NCBI GenBank assembly: GCA_042569365.1
Contig: JBHPHK010000005.1
Coordinates: 1 to 61,024, forward strand
DNA: 61,024 bases
Origin: Patescibacteria group bacterium
GTDB lineage: Bacteria > Patescibacteriota > JAUYIX01 > JBHPHK01
Reading direction: 5' to 3'
Numbering within the stretch: position 1 is the first letter of the stretch; each line of letters opens with the position of its first letter. Of this stretch, positions 1 through 9,768 are shown in pieces. A program made the position numbers and the translations under genes. Below the pieces are notes generated by a model, which made no database searches, was not told the DNA's origin, and saw only the letters and a program-made list of their open reading frames with translations.

Positions 1-659
1 CCGTACTCACTGTCCATTATTTTTGTATATAAATCTTTGAAACGCAATACTTTATTGTCCGCATCAAATATATTTACAGCATTATCTGCCAATTTCTTGA
101 TTCGATCTATCACGTGCTGGTTGTTTGTCCAGGCGCTGTTTAATTCCTTATCTTCAGCGATCGGCTCAAATTCCGGCAGTACAGTCAGAATTAAACGCAA
201 TGAATTCTGAGCAACGCTCGATGTCTGTTGTGAACCCAAAAGCTCATCCAATAGTTTTTCTTCCAAAATCGCCTCTCCGTGCTCTAAAATAATATTTGTT
301 AATAGCTTTTGAACGGGTCCAAAAATTTCGCCTTCAGCTTGTCCGCTTAGGCTTTTTCTTGCCTGCGATTCAATTTGACGTACTCGTTCACGTGTAATTT
401 GGTATTGTTCACCCAGTTTTTCTAGTGTCTCTGGCGTCTTACCATCCAGTCCATAGCGCTTTACAACGATATGCCTGGCGCGCTCTGGAAACTGCTCCAA
501 AACATCAAAAATAACCTTTCCGGGATCGAAAGATGCTAGGCTTTCCTCTTTTTTGGTAGCCATAACCTCCTCGAGGATACTGCCTGAAAAGCTAGATTTA
601 TCGCTATTGGCGTTTTCCTCGGTTATATTAGGATTTATTGTGTTATCATCCATAATCAT
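1..659 (-). CDS. Sigma-70 region-4-like HTH protein, N-terminal part only. The ORF runs off the window start. The start is ATG 659 or the SD-preceded ATG 563.
   Basis: Own translation of the minus strand is open from 659 to base 1. It contains HIVVKRYGLDGKTPETLEKLGEQYQITRERVRQIESQARKSL, a sigma70 region 4.2-type HTH. It is absent from the ORF track because there is no stop inside the window. Confidence 0.6.
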   Translation of the reverse strand, partial: MIMDDNTINPNITEENANSDKSSFSGSILEEVMATKKEESLASFDPGKVIFDVLEQFPERARHIVVKRYGLDGKTPETLEKLGEQYQITRERVRQIESQARKSLSGQAEGEIFGPVQKLLTNIILEHGEAILEEKLLDELLGSQQTSSVAQNSLRLILTVLPEFEPIAEDKELNSAWTNNQHVIDRIKKLADNAVNIFDADNKVLRFKDLYTKIMDSEY

Positions 660-663
660 ACTT

Positions 664-692
664 ACAATATCACAAACTCATTCACATGTCAA
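664..692 (-). promoter_or_regulatory. Sigma70-type promoter
   Basis: On the minus strand: TTGACA (687-692), 17-nt spacer, TATTGT (664-669). It lies 4 nt upstream of ATG 659. Confidence 0.45.
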
Positions 693-709
693 GAAGATTG
701 AATGATCAT

Positions 710-738
710 AGTTTACCACTATTCAATTGTTCTGTCAA
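710..738 (-). promoter_or_regulatory. Second tandem sigma70-type promoter
   Basis: On the minus strand: TTGACA (733-738), 17-nt spacer, TAAACT (710-715). It lies directly after the secF stop. Confidence 0.4.
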
Positions 739-743
739 CTTAC

Positions 744-1652
744 CTACCCTATAGATTTTCGTTTGGCACGCCATTTTTCCCAGGCCACCAATAAAGGACT
801 GGCAAAGAATATTGATGAATATGTACCAACAAGCACACCTACTAATAATGCGGCAATGAAATCTCTAATTGTTCCTCCGCCAAAGATGAGAATAGCAACC
901 AATACCAAGCCCGTGGTTATGGAAGTGTTTAGTGAACGAGTTATTGTCTGGCGAATACTTTTTTCGACAATTGTGCCGAATGATTCGCTCTTTTGCTTGC
1001 TTAGATTTTCTCGGACACGATCAAAAACTACGATCGTATCATTAACCGAATAGCCTAAGACTGTTAGCAGGGCAACTATAAACAAACTACCAACCTCTGC
1101 TCCAAACCAGACGCCGAATAGCACATATAATCCTGACATAATGATTACATCGTGTAAGAGCGTAGCAATCGCCACGACTCCGTACTTCCAAGATTGAATT
1201 GGCGCGGACACTTTTCTAAAGGCGTATGCTATGTAAGCCACAATAGCAACTAGAACAATAATCATCGCGTAGATGGCTTTCTGTCTGAGCTCTTCACCTA
1301 TCGTTGGGCCCACAGATTCAAATCTCTCTAGCTCTGCGCTTCCATAAGTCTTGCGTAATTTTTGAACGATCTGCTCCTGTGTTTCATTTCCGATCTCTGC
1401 GACGCGTATAATTACGGTTGATTGGCTGGTTGGCTGTATGAGTACTGATCCAAGCTCAAGATCACTTAAGGCCTCCTCGACATCTGCGCCAGTTTCTATT
1501 TCCTGTTCCAGTTTTACTTCTATTATTGAACCTCCGACAAAATCGATTCCCATTCTTAGGCGCACAAAAATTAAAAGCACGATACTAGCCAGGATCATTG
1601 TGCCTGACAACACAAACCACCATTTTCTATTTTTTACGATGCTGTATTTCAT
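744..1652 (-). CDS. secF: Protein translocase subunit SecF
   Basis: 302 aa with the GIDFVGGSIIEV motif and six predicted TM segments. It overlaps the upstream secD by 4 nt. Confidence 0.9.
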   Translation of the reverse strand: MKYSIVKNRKWWFVLSGTMILASIVLLIFVRLRMGIDFVGGSIIEVKLEQEIETGADVEEALSDLELGSVLIQPTSQSTVIIRVAEIGNETQEQIVQKLRKTYGSAELERFESVGPTIGEELRQKAIYAMIIVLVAIVAYIAYAFRKVSAPIQSWKYGVVAIATLLHDVIIMSGLYVLFGVWFGAEVGSLFIVALLTVLGYSVNDTIVVFDRVRENLSKQKSESFGTIVEKSIRQTITRSLNTSITTGLVLVAILIFGGGTIRDFIAALLVGVLVGTYSSIFFASPLLVAWEKWRAKRKSIG

Positions 1653-2977
1653 TTGTTGTCGGTTACTTTCTTAATTTGCCAGCCCAAAAGCCAAGAATGG
1701 CGCTCACTCCATCTACCCACAAAGACTCGCAACAAGTTGCGCGTAATTATAATCGCGGAGAACATGGAAACGATAACACCTAAGGCCAATGTAATCGCAA
1801 AGCCTTTCATAACGCTGGTTGTAAAGATAAACAAAATAAGTGTCGTGATCAGTGTTGATATGTTTGCGTCTCTAATAGGCGCCCAGGCGCGTTTAAAGCC
1901 CTCTTCAATGGCTGTCTTGATAGACCGTCCGAGTTTAAGTTCTTCCCTGATGCGTTCAAAGATAAGCACGTTTGCATCCACGGCCAAACCAATCGACAAG
2001 ATAAAGCCGGCCGCTCCGGCCAGCGTGAGTGTAATACCTAGTATCTTAAATAATGCAATTGTGATACTTGCATACAGCGCCAAAGCTATAACAGACAATA
2101 AACCAGGTAGCCTATATAGCACGATCATAAATAGCGCGACTGCAATAAGACCAAGCAAGCCCGCAAACAAACTGGCCTGTACTGATTGAGCACCAAGTGT
2201 AGCACCTACTGTATGCTGACTGATTGCCTTGATAGGCACAGGTAAGGCACCGGCATTAAGGCGCTGTTTAAGTTCACGCGCCTCTTCTAGAGTAAAATTA
2301 CCTGAGATGACAGCCTCTCCGTTAGTGATAGACTGTTGCACAACCGGCGCACTAATAATAGATCCATCAAGATAGATTGCGACCTGCTTGCCGATATTAT
2401 TTTTTGTGATTTCTGCGAAAAGATCTTTGCCTTCTGAGTTAAACTTCAAAGATACGGAAGGGGTCAGAGCGCCTTGCTGTTGTGAAACATCTGCGCGTAC
2501 AAGATGCGATCCATTAAGTTTAGTTGCTACAAAGTTCATCTCCAGAGGAACATCAAGCTCGGCGGGAATTGCCTCGCCCTCGGTTCTAAATTCTAACAAA
2601 GGTGTCTGGCCAATAAGATCCATCGCCGCCTGCACATCTGAGATTCCTGGAAGTTCAACTAATAGTCTGTTCTCCCCTTGGATCTGAACTATCGACTCTC
2701 CTACTCCATTCGGGTCAATGCGACGCGCTATCACATCACGCACGCCCTGAAGAGCATCCTCCAACTCGGTCTCGTTCTGGTCTGCGAGCTGGTCAAGGTC
2801 GGCTTCATAAACTAACTGAGCACCACCTTGCAAGTCTAAACCAAGATTAATATTAAAGTCTGATGTCCACGAGCCTAGTTTAAGATCAGGCATTCCAGGC
2901 AAGGCCACAAACAAAGCAACCGCTGCAAGAACGATCAAGAGAAAAAGTTGTGTAATTATTCTTCGTTTAAACGACAT
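1649..2977 (-). CDS. secD: Protein translocase subunit SecD
   Basis: 442 aa with LGLDLQGGAQLVYEAD, a periplasmic-type domain and a C-terminal 6-TM region. Confidence 0.9.
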   Translation of the reverse strand: MSFKRRIITQLFLLIVLAAVALFVALPGMPDLKLGSWTSDFNINLGLDLQGGAQLVYEADLDQLADQNETELEDALQGVRDVIARRIDPNGVGESIVQIQGENRLLVELPGISDVQAAMDLIGQTPLLEFRTEGEAIPAELDVPLEMNFVATKLNGSHLVRADVSQQQGALTPSVSLKFNSEGKDLFAEITKNNIGKQVAIYLDGSIISAPVVQQSITNGEAVISGNFTLEEARELKQRLNAGALPVPIKAISQHTVGATLGAQSVQASLFAGLLGLIAVALFMIVLYRLPGLLSVIALALYASITIALFKILGITLTLAGAAGFILSIGLAVDANVLIFERIREELKLGRSIKTAIEEGFKRAWAPIRDANISTLITTLILFIFTTSVMKGFAITLALGVIVSMFSAIIITRNLLRVFVGRWSERHSWLLGWQIKKVTDNK

Positions 2978-4285
2978 TTAAGCTTTGTATTTGCGTATTA
3001 ATTTTGGTATCTCGTGTGTTCGAATGGGACGAACTTCCTCATTAAGCGGTTTTGTAAATAAAGCAAAAGTTTTCATCTGAATCGCCCTTAAGCCTCCGTG
3101 CACAGCACATCTAGTCAGTAAATTGGGAGAATAGCCTGCTGTTATTGTGATAATGACATTTGCGACGCTAGGAGCCTGCATTGCCATATGAGCCTGATAT
3201 ATAGCATCAGGATAATTTGTTTTAACTGTTAAAGCAAGAGACTCAGCAAAACTAATAGGTCGTCCGACCGCTTCATGTGCTATTTTATCATATTTGTAAC
3301 CAAATAGGTCGTTTCCTCTGGTTGGTTTATAGAGTAATTTATCTCCTTCTTCCTTGATTACAGCCGACCCGTATCTGCTCTCTATATATGTATGCTCCTC
3401 ATCACCCGCCATCGCAAATTCTGTTTCTGGATGCTGCCCAATGAAATCAAGCAAATTCCAGGGACCCTGCTTAGTAGGCCAATTTCTGAGCTCATCGATT
3501 GTCGGCTTGTAAGACCAAGATTTCTTAGGATACTTCAGGAACAGCTGGATCATACCGCCTCCATCTAAATAGACACGACTATTGCTGGCGTTAATACCTT
3601 TGTATCTCATCATTTCGACTAACGTGGATCGCCCCCATTTGGCCGGCTCCATTCCATGATCCGTCACCAAGACAATGTTCGTGTCGTCATCAATTTCTTC
3701 TGTGAATTTAGCAAGAAATTTATCGATCTGCTTTAAGGATTTAATAAAGGCCTGTGGTTTTTTATGAATATGTTGGTAGGCATCCGTATCGTGCAGCCAA
3801 GTCGTGATCAGATCTCTACCCTCTTTATATTGCTGGCGAGTTTGCCAGAGCGCATACGCGTTATTGATCCAGGGAACTCCCATCCACCCCAGTAATCCAA
3901 AAGGATTGCGGATATAACTTGCTTCGTATTTTCCTACGGGTTCTGCTACGGAAACAGGATCTGCAAACTCGCTATAGATGGTCTTAAGCTTCTTAAGTTT
4001 TTTTGGAAAAAGACGATAGTTCTTAAGGTAGTTTTCATGCTCTTGATTGATGCGATCAAACTGATTATGTCCTGTAAAATCTATGTCGGAAGGATGCTTA
4101 TCTAGATAAAACGGCACGTGCGACGGACCTGTTAGCGACGGAAAGCTTGTTATGCAGTCTTTAAAATATGTGCCCTCGTTCTTGAGCTTAGCAATTATCG
4201 GCAACTCCCCTTCTGACATCAATCTCTCCATTTCATCTGCTGGAACGCCGTCAATCAGCATAATTATAAATCGTTTGTATTTCAT
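2978..4285 (-). CDS. Alkaline-phosphatase-superfamily enzyme (type I phosphodiesterase / nucleotide pyrophosphatase-like)
   Basis: 435 aa with IIMLIDGVPAD, FPSLTGPSH (nucleophile Thr context), VLVTDHGME and AVHGG. No signal peptide is seen. The stop abuts the secD ATG with 0 nt gap. Confidence 0.65.
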   Translation of the reverse strand: MKYKRFIIMLIDGVPADEMERLMSEGELPIIAKLKNEGTYFKDCITSFPSLTGPSHVPFYLDKHPSDIDFTGHNQFDRINQEHENYLKNYRLFPKKLKKLKTIYSEFADPVSVAEPVGKYEASYIRNPFGLLGWMGVPWINNAYALWQTRQQYKEGRDLITTWLHDTDAYQHIHKKPQAFIKSLKQIDKFLAKFTEEIDDDTNIVLVTDHGMEPAKWGRSTLVEMMRYKGINASNSRVYLDGGGMIQLFLKYPKKSWSYKPTIDELRNWPTKQGPWNLLDFIGQHPETEFAMAGDEEHTYIESRYGSAVIKEEGDKLLYKPTRGNDLFGYKYDKIAHEAVGRPISFAESLALTVKTNYPDAIYQAHMAMQAPSVANVIITITAGYSPNLLTRCAVHGGLRAIQMKTFALFTKPLNEEVRPIRTHEIPKLIRKYKA

Positions 4286-4328
4286 GTTATATCTTTTGCA
4301 GTCGCATTATCGAATAGTCCTCGAAATA

Positions 4329-6935
4329 TTACTCTCCGCAGCATTTTTTAGATTTCTTTCCGGAGCCACAAGGACAAGGATCATTGCGACCTACCTTTGT
4401 GCTTTTAAGGCTTTTTTTCTTGCCATCCGCTTTCTCGCGACCAGCTTGCTCAGCGTATTTACGGCCTCTTTCTAAGACGGTTTTTTGGTTTTTAGCCGCT
4501 AGTGTAACCTTGAAAATTCCATAAACAACTTGATTCCTGATTTCATCAAGCAGTTGATTGAAGAGACGATAACTTTCTTTCTTGTATTCAACAAGTGGAT
4601 CTCTCTGACCATAACCTCGCAGCCGCACGCTCTCACGAAGACGATCCATAGCATCTAGATGTTCTACCCAGATATTGTCAATCCCTTTTAGGAGTACGAC
4701 GCGTTCAACTTGGCGACAAACCTGCGGCGTTAGTTGAATCTCTCGTTGGTCATAAGCGGCATGCAGCGCATCATTGATAAACTGAATGAGCTTATCGCGC
4801 CTGACCGCTTCGCTACCAGACTGATCATCTGCAATCTTTTCTATACCCTCTTTGACTTCGGGAGGCGGTGTTGTAAAAATAGTGGCCAACGTCTCGATAA
4901 TTTCTTCAACGTTCCACTCTGGCCCATTGCTGGTATGCGTCAATACTACCTGCTCGATCTCATCGTCGATAAGTTCTAAGAGCTGTTCGCGCAGACTTAC
5001 TAATTCTTCATCTTTATATTTTCTGTCTTCTTCAGGCACTCCTTCGATCTCTTCGCGCGTCTTCTCCCATGCTTTTAGAATGTCTCGGCGTCGTTTATAT
5101 ATAATCTCACGCTGTTTATTAATAACGTCATCGAATTCCACCAAGTGCTTACGGACATCAAAGTTGTTACCCTCAACTTTCTTCTGCGCGGACTCAAGTG
5201 CGCGACTGATCATCCTGTTTTCGATCGGCTGGTCTTCTGGCAACCCCAGGCGTTGCATAATTGTCTGTACGCGTGAAGATCCGAAAATCCTCATCAAATC
5301 GTCTTCTAATGATACGTAAAATTGGGAAGAACCAGCATCTCCCTGGCGTCCTGAGCGTCCACGAAGCTGGTTATCGATACGGCGCGACTCATGCCTTTCT
5401 GTACCAAGCACATGCAAGCCCCCAACCTCGACAACGCCCTCTCCCAACTTAATGTCGGTACCGCGACCAGCCATGTTTGTCGATATTGTTACTGCACCTT
5501 TTTGGCCAGCATTAGCCACAATCGTTGCTTCACGCTCATGGTTTTTTGCGTTTAGAATCTCATGCGGAACACCATCGCGCACCAATAGCTCGGATAATAC
5601 TTCTGACTTCTCAATCGCAATCGTACCTACCAAGACAGGTTGACCCTTTTCATGTCTTGCTTTAATTTCGGCAACCACCGCATTAAACTTACCCTCCTCT
5701 GTTGAATAGATACGATCTGCCAGGTCATTGCGAACCATTGGCTTGTTGGTTGGGATAACGTCTACCTCAAGGCCATAAATTTTAGCAAACTCCTCCACTT
5801 CAGTCGCGGCTGTACCGGTCATACCGGAAAGTTTTTCATACAGGCGGAAATAATTCTGGAATGTAATTGTGGCCAATGTTCTGTTCTCCCGCTGCACCTC
5901 AACATTTTCCTTCGCTTCAATCGCTTGATGAAGTCCTTCAGAATAACGGCGACCCGGCATCAAACGTCCTGTGAATTGGTCAACAATCATAACCTCTCCG
6001 TCTTTGACAACATAGTCTTTGTCGCGCTGGAAAAGCGCATGCGCACGTAGCGCCTGTTCGATATGATGAATCAATGATACGCCCGATGCATCTGCATACA
6101 TGTTCGGACGATTTAGTTTCTCTTCAACAAATGAGATTCCTTCCTGCGTCAATGCCGAGGCACGCATTTTCTCATCTTTATTGTAGTGCACATTTTCCTG
6201 CATTGATTTTGCAATCTGCGCAAATTGTTTGTACTGATCCGTTCCCTCCTCTGCTGGCGCAGAGATAATCAACGGAGTACGGGCTTCGTCGATCAAAATA
6301 CTGTCCACCTCGTCGACGATCGCAAAATTATGTCCGCGCTGCACGACCTGACGTAAGTCTCCGGCCATATTGTCGCGCAAATAATCAAAACCAAACTCAT
6401 TGTTCGTGCCGTATGTAATATCTGCTTCGTAGGCTTCTTGTTTTTCTTGAGGGGTCTGACCATGGCACGTAACACCAACCGTCAAACCAAGAAATTCATA
6501 AACTGGACTCATCCATTCAGCATCACGCGACGCAAGATATTCGTTAACTGTTACGACATGTACACCGCGTCCCGTAAATGCATTTAAGACAACTGGCATC
6601 GTAGCCACTAAAGTCTTACCTTCACCAGTTTTCATTTCGGCGATTTTGCCCTCGTTTAAGACTAGTCCGCCAATAACCTGCACATCAAAAGGCCTAAGGC
6701 TAATGGTTCTCTTGGCAACTTCCCGCACCAGCGCATAAGTCTCCTTGATGAATGGTTTTAGATCATCCGGCTTTTGTTGTATCTTATTTTTTAGCTTCTC
6801 TGCTTTCTTTTTAAGATCGTCATCGCTAGCCTTTTCAAATTCTGCAGCAAAATCATTAATCTTATTTAACAAAGGCGTGTACTGTTTTAATACACGCGCT
6901 GAACTTCTTTCATCTGTCTTCTTAAATAGAGCCAT
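4329..6935 (-). CDS. secA: Preprotein translocase ATPase SecA
   Basis: 868 aa with MKTGEGKTL (Walker A), DEVDSILIDEARTPLIIS, and a C-terminal zinc-finger tail CPCGSGKKSKKCCGE. Confidence 0.97.
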   Translation of the reverse strand: MALFKKTDERSSARVLKQYTPLLNKINDFAAEFEKASDDDLKKKAEKLKNKIQQKPDDLKPFIKETYALVREVAKRTISLRPFDVQVIGGLVLNEGKIAEMKTGEGKTLVATMPVVLNAFTGRGVHVVTVNEYLASRDAEWMSPVYEFLGLTVGVTCHGQTPQEKQEAYEADITYGTNNEFGFDYLRDNMAGDLRQVVQRGHNFAIVDEVDSILIDEARTPLIISAPAEEGTDQYKQFAQIAKSMQENVHYNKDEKMRASALTQEGISFVEEKLNRPNMYADASGVSLIHHIEQALRAHALFQRDKDYVVKDGEVMIVDQFTGRLMPGRRYSEGLHQAIEAKENVEVQRENRTLATITFQNYFRLYEKLSGMTGTAATEVEEFAKIYGLEVDVIPTNKPMVRNDLADRIYSTEEGKFNAVVAEIKARHEKGQPVLVGTIAIEKSEVLSELLVRDGVPHEILNAKNHEREATIVANAGQKGAVTISTNMAGRGTDIKLGEGVVEVGGLHVLGTERHESRRIDNQLRGRSGRQGDAGSSQFYVSLEDDLMRIFGSSRVQTIMQRLGLPEDQPIENRMISRALESAQKKVEGNNFDVRKHLVEFDDVINKQREIIYKRRRDILKAWEKTREEIEGVPEEDRKYKDEELVSLREQLLELIDDEIEQVVLTHTSNGPEWNVEEIIETLATIFTTPPPEVKEGIEKIADDQSGSEAVRRDKLIQFINDALHAAYDQREIQLTPQVCRQVERVVLLKGIDNIWVEHLDAMDRLRESVRLRGYGQRDPLVEYKKESYRLFNQLLDEIRNQVVYGIFKVTLAAKNQKTVLERGRKYAEQAGREKADGKKKSLKSTKVGRNDPCPCGSGKKSKKCCGE

Positions 6936-6944
6936 TAATATTAT

Positions 6945-7358
6945 TTAACTATAATCCTCTTCATTCCCGATGCCCATGTCATCTTCAGAATCGCGTCGAC
7001 TTTTTGGATAAAGCACTCGAGCAAAACGCGGGAATAAACGATCCTTTTCCCTTTTTCTCCGCGATCGAAATTTTTCGTTATATTTCCTTGCCTGCCGTTC
7101 TAGCTTTTCCATAACCAAGTCAATCGACTCATGCATCTCACTACCTTGATGTGCTGCATACAAAACTTTCTTGGGAACCTTAATTAAGACTTCTGCTCGC
7201 TCGACCGGACCTTTTCTATGATGCTTGTCAGTTGATAGCTCAACACGCACCAGAACTATATTTTCTAGTAGTTTGTCGAGTTTCTCAACCTTTTCGTTAA
7301 TATATGTTTTGAGGCTTTCGCTCGAATCTAAATTCGTAAATTGGATTTTGACTTGCAT
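6945..7358 (-). CDS. hpf: Ribosome hibernation promoting factor (RaiA/HPF family)
   Basis: 137 aa with an S30AE-type N-terminus (MQVKIQFTNLDSSESLKTYINEKVEKL) and a basic C-terminal tail. Confidence 0.8.
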   Translation of the reverse strand: MQVKIQFTNLDSSESLKTYINEKVEKLDKLLENIVLVRVELSTDKHHRKGPVERAEVLIKVPKKVLYAAHQGSEMHESIDLVMEKLERQARKYNEKFRSRRKREKDRLFPRFARVLYPKSRRDSEDDMGIGNEEDYS

Positions 7359-7394
7359 AAATATTAAATAGAATGCTTATTCACAGCTCCGCTC

Positions 7395-7423
7395 ATTATA
7401 ACTCAACAGACTTGATATTTCAA
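7395..7423 (-). promoter_or_regulatory. Sigma70-type promoter upstream of hpf
   Basis: On the minus strand: TTGAAA (7418-7423), 17-nt spacer, TATAAT (7395-7400). Confidence 0.5.
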
Positions 7424-7424
7424 G

Positions 7425-8390
7425 TTAATTGGACCAATCCATGATTTGCACTTCTGGCTCGAGATTTATCCCTATCTTTTCCTGAACGATGCTTTGGATT
7501 TTCTCCATCAAACACACAAAATCCTTTGATTTTGCGTTATTTTCTATATTTACTAGTATATTCGCATGCTCATCTGAAACCTGCGCAGAGCCGCATTTTA
7601 GGCCTTTTAGGCCCAGTTTATCGATGATTAGGCCTGTTGGAACACTATCTTGCGCCTTATCGCCGATCAAATCCTCAATTGCCGCTATTCGTGCCTGATC
7701 TAGTGTGTGCAAATCAATATTCTTGAAAAATGATCCTGTATTTGGCTGACGTGGAAATTTGGCATTGCGCTTCGATATTATTTCATTTTGGTCCTTTTTT
7801 ATTTGGTCTGCATTGCCAGGCGTTAGTTGCATCCGAACATTTGCAATGATCAGCTGCGGACTCTTCTTGAAAATACTTTCGCGATACGCAAATTTGCATT
7901 CAGGATTCTGATAAGTTGTTGTTTGTGTCGGATCTTTCGTATCCAAAACATCTACCTCAGTCATCACATCTTTTGTTTCTCCGTCATAACAACCCGCATT
8001 CCCCCTAACGGCTCCGCCCACTGTTCCGGGCAAACCATAAGCCCACTCAAGCCCTGACAAGCTATTTTCTGCCGCGTAGCGCGCCAAAGCTGTCATGGGA
8101 TAACCAGCGAATACCTCTAGGATTACGCTCTTCTTGTTTCTTTTTATGATGCTCGGTTCTCCCCCACTAATTTTTATAACTAATCCTTTATATACTCCGT
8201 CTGCAAAAATAAGATTACTTGCCTGGCCGACTATGACCGTTGGCCATTTCTTTTCTTTAGCAAGAACCATTGCGTCCTGGAGCTGATCAAAATTATTTGC
8301 TACACAAAACTGCTCAGCAGTGCCACCGACCTTTAGGTAAGAATGCTCTGCCAAATCTATATTTTTTTGGATCTCAATGTCGTCTGACAT
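7425..8390 (-). CDS. murB: UDP-N-acetylenolpyruvoylglucosamine reductase
   Basis: 321 aa with an FAD-binding-type N-terminus (YLKVGGTAEQF) and GLPGTVGGAVRGNAG. Confidence 0.9.
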   Translation of the reverse strand: MSDDIEIQKNIDLAEHSYLKVGGTAEQFCVANNFDQLQDAMVLAKEKKWPTVIVGQASNLIFADGVYKGLVIKISGGEPSIIKRNKKSVILEVFAGYPMTALARYAAENSLSGLEWAYGLPGTVGGAVRGNAGCYDGETKDVMTEVDVLDTKDPTQTTTYQNPECKFAYRESIFKKSPQLIIANVRMQLTPGNADQIKKDQNEIISKRNAKFPRQPNTGSFFKNIDLHTLDQARIAAIEDLIGDKAQDSVPTGLIIDKLGLKGLKCGSAQVSDEHANILVNIENNAKSKDFVCLMEKIQSIVQEKIGINLEPEVQIMDWSN

Positions 8391-8391
8391 A

Positions 8392-9768
8392 TTATTTTAG
8401 TTCCTCTAATATTTCGTAAACATCTCCTGCCCCTATCGTTGCCAATACAACTTTGTCTGGTAGATCTTTCTTTAGAAACTTTTTTGTATCTATTAGGCTA
8501 CCCGAGTACATAACGTCTGGATGATGCTCTGCAATAGCCTCCGCCAGATCTTTTGATCCAATATCTGTTTTGTCTCCACGGGCAGATGCAAAGATGTCTG
8601 CTATCAATACCTTATCAGCATCATTAAACGCTTCAGCAAATTCTCCCAGCAAGCTATTTGTGCGACTAGCGGTATGTGGCTGAAAGACTGCCCAGATTTT
8701 ATATTTTGGATAGCGTACCTTAACCGCTTTTAGAAATGCCTTGATAGCTGTGGGATGATGAGCATAGTCGTCTATAAAAATACGCCTGCCAGACTTCGAT
8801 ACATCAAAGCGTCTTTGTGCACCCTGAAAGCTTTTGAGTACTTTCTTGATGATCGGCCAGCCAACTTTTAGATTTCGCGCTACCGCAATCGCAGCCAGTG
8901 CATTGGCTATATTGTATTCGCCCGGAAGCCAAAGCTTGAACGTTCCGATATTTTTACCTTTATGATTAATTGTAAATTGCGAACCCGTCTTTGTTTGTTT
9001 GATAAGTTCATAATTCCAGTCATTGTCTGTTGAGTCGCCGTAAGTTTCTACTCTAATACCATGCGGCAGATCTTCGAGCAGTTTCTTAACGCGCAGATCA
9101 TCTCCTGCCGCTATCAAGATCCCCTTGTCTTCTGGAAGCTTTTCGATATATTTTTTAAACGCATGCTCTATGTCTGTAATGTCCTTGAAGAAATCGGGAT
9201 GATCAAACTCTATCCCTGTTAGAACAGCTATCTGATAATCAAGGTCTAAAAACTTTGAGATTGGCCGCCAAGCGGCTGCACGATACTCATCTGCTTCTAC
9301 TACAAATACTTTTCCCTTTCCCGCATGAGCATTACCATCAAGACCGTCGACAGTTCCAGTTCCGATCAGATATGATGGGTCGCGTCTGGCCTCTTTAAGA
9401 ATGCGCGCAATAATGGCTGTGGTTGTGGTTTTGCCGTGACTGCCTGAGATTGCAACTCCAAGCTTAGTTGACATGAGTTCTCCCAAAAACTCTGAGTATG
9501 TTTTTATTTTTATTTTTTGTTTTTCTGCGGCTAAGTATTCTGGGTGGTCCTGGGGCCATGCGCCACCAATGACAACCAGATCTAAATCAGCTTTAATATT
9601 TGCTACATCAAAATCAGCAACCCGAATCCCAGCCTGTTGCAGCGTCTTATCTGTAATATATTTGTCAGAACGATCTGAGCCTGTTACTTGCCACCCGCGT
9701 TGCTTAGCAATAATTGCCAAGGCACTCATCCCGACGCCTTTAATTCCGATGAAGTGTACTTTCGACAT
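8392..9768 (-). CDS. murC: UDP-N-acetylmuramate--L-alanine ligase
   Basis: 458 aa with HFIGIKGVGMSALA, GSHGKTTTTA and Mur ligase middle and C-terminal domains. Confidence 0.92.
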   Translation of the reverse strand: MSKVHFIGIKGVGMSALAIIAKQRGWQVTGSDRSDKYITDKTLQQAGIRVADFDVANIKADLDLVVIGGAWPQDHPEYLAAEKQKIKIKTYSEFLGELMSTKLGVAISGSHGKTTTTAIIARILKEARRDPSYLIGTGTVDGLDGNAHAGKGKVFVVEADEYRAAAWRPISKFLDLDYQIAVLTGIEFDHPDFFKDITDIEHAFKKYIEKLPEDKGILIAAGDDLRVKKLLEDLPHGIRVETYGDSTDNDWNYELIKQTKTGSQFTINHKGKNIGTFKLWLPGEYNIANALAAIAVARNLKVGWPIIKKVLKSFQGAQRRFDVSKSGRRIFIDDYAHHPTAIKAFLKAVKVRYPKYKIWAVFQPHTASRTNSLLGEFAEAFNDADKVLIADIFASARGDKTDIGSKDLAEAIAEHHPDVMYSGSLIDTKKFLKKDLPDKVVLATIGAGDVYEILEELK

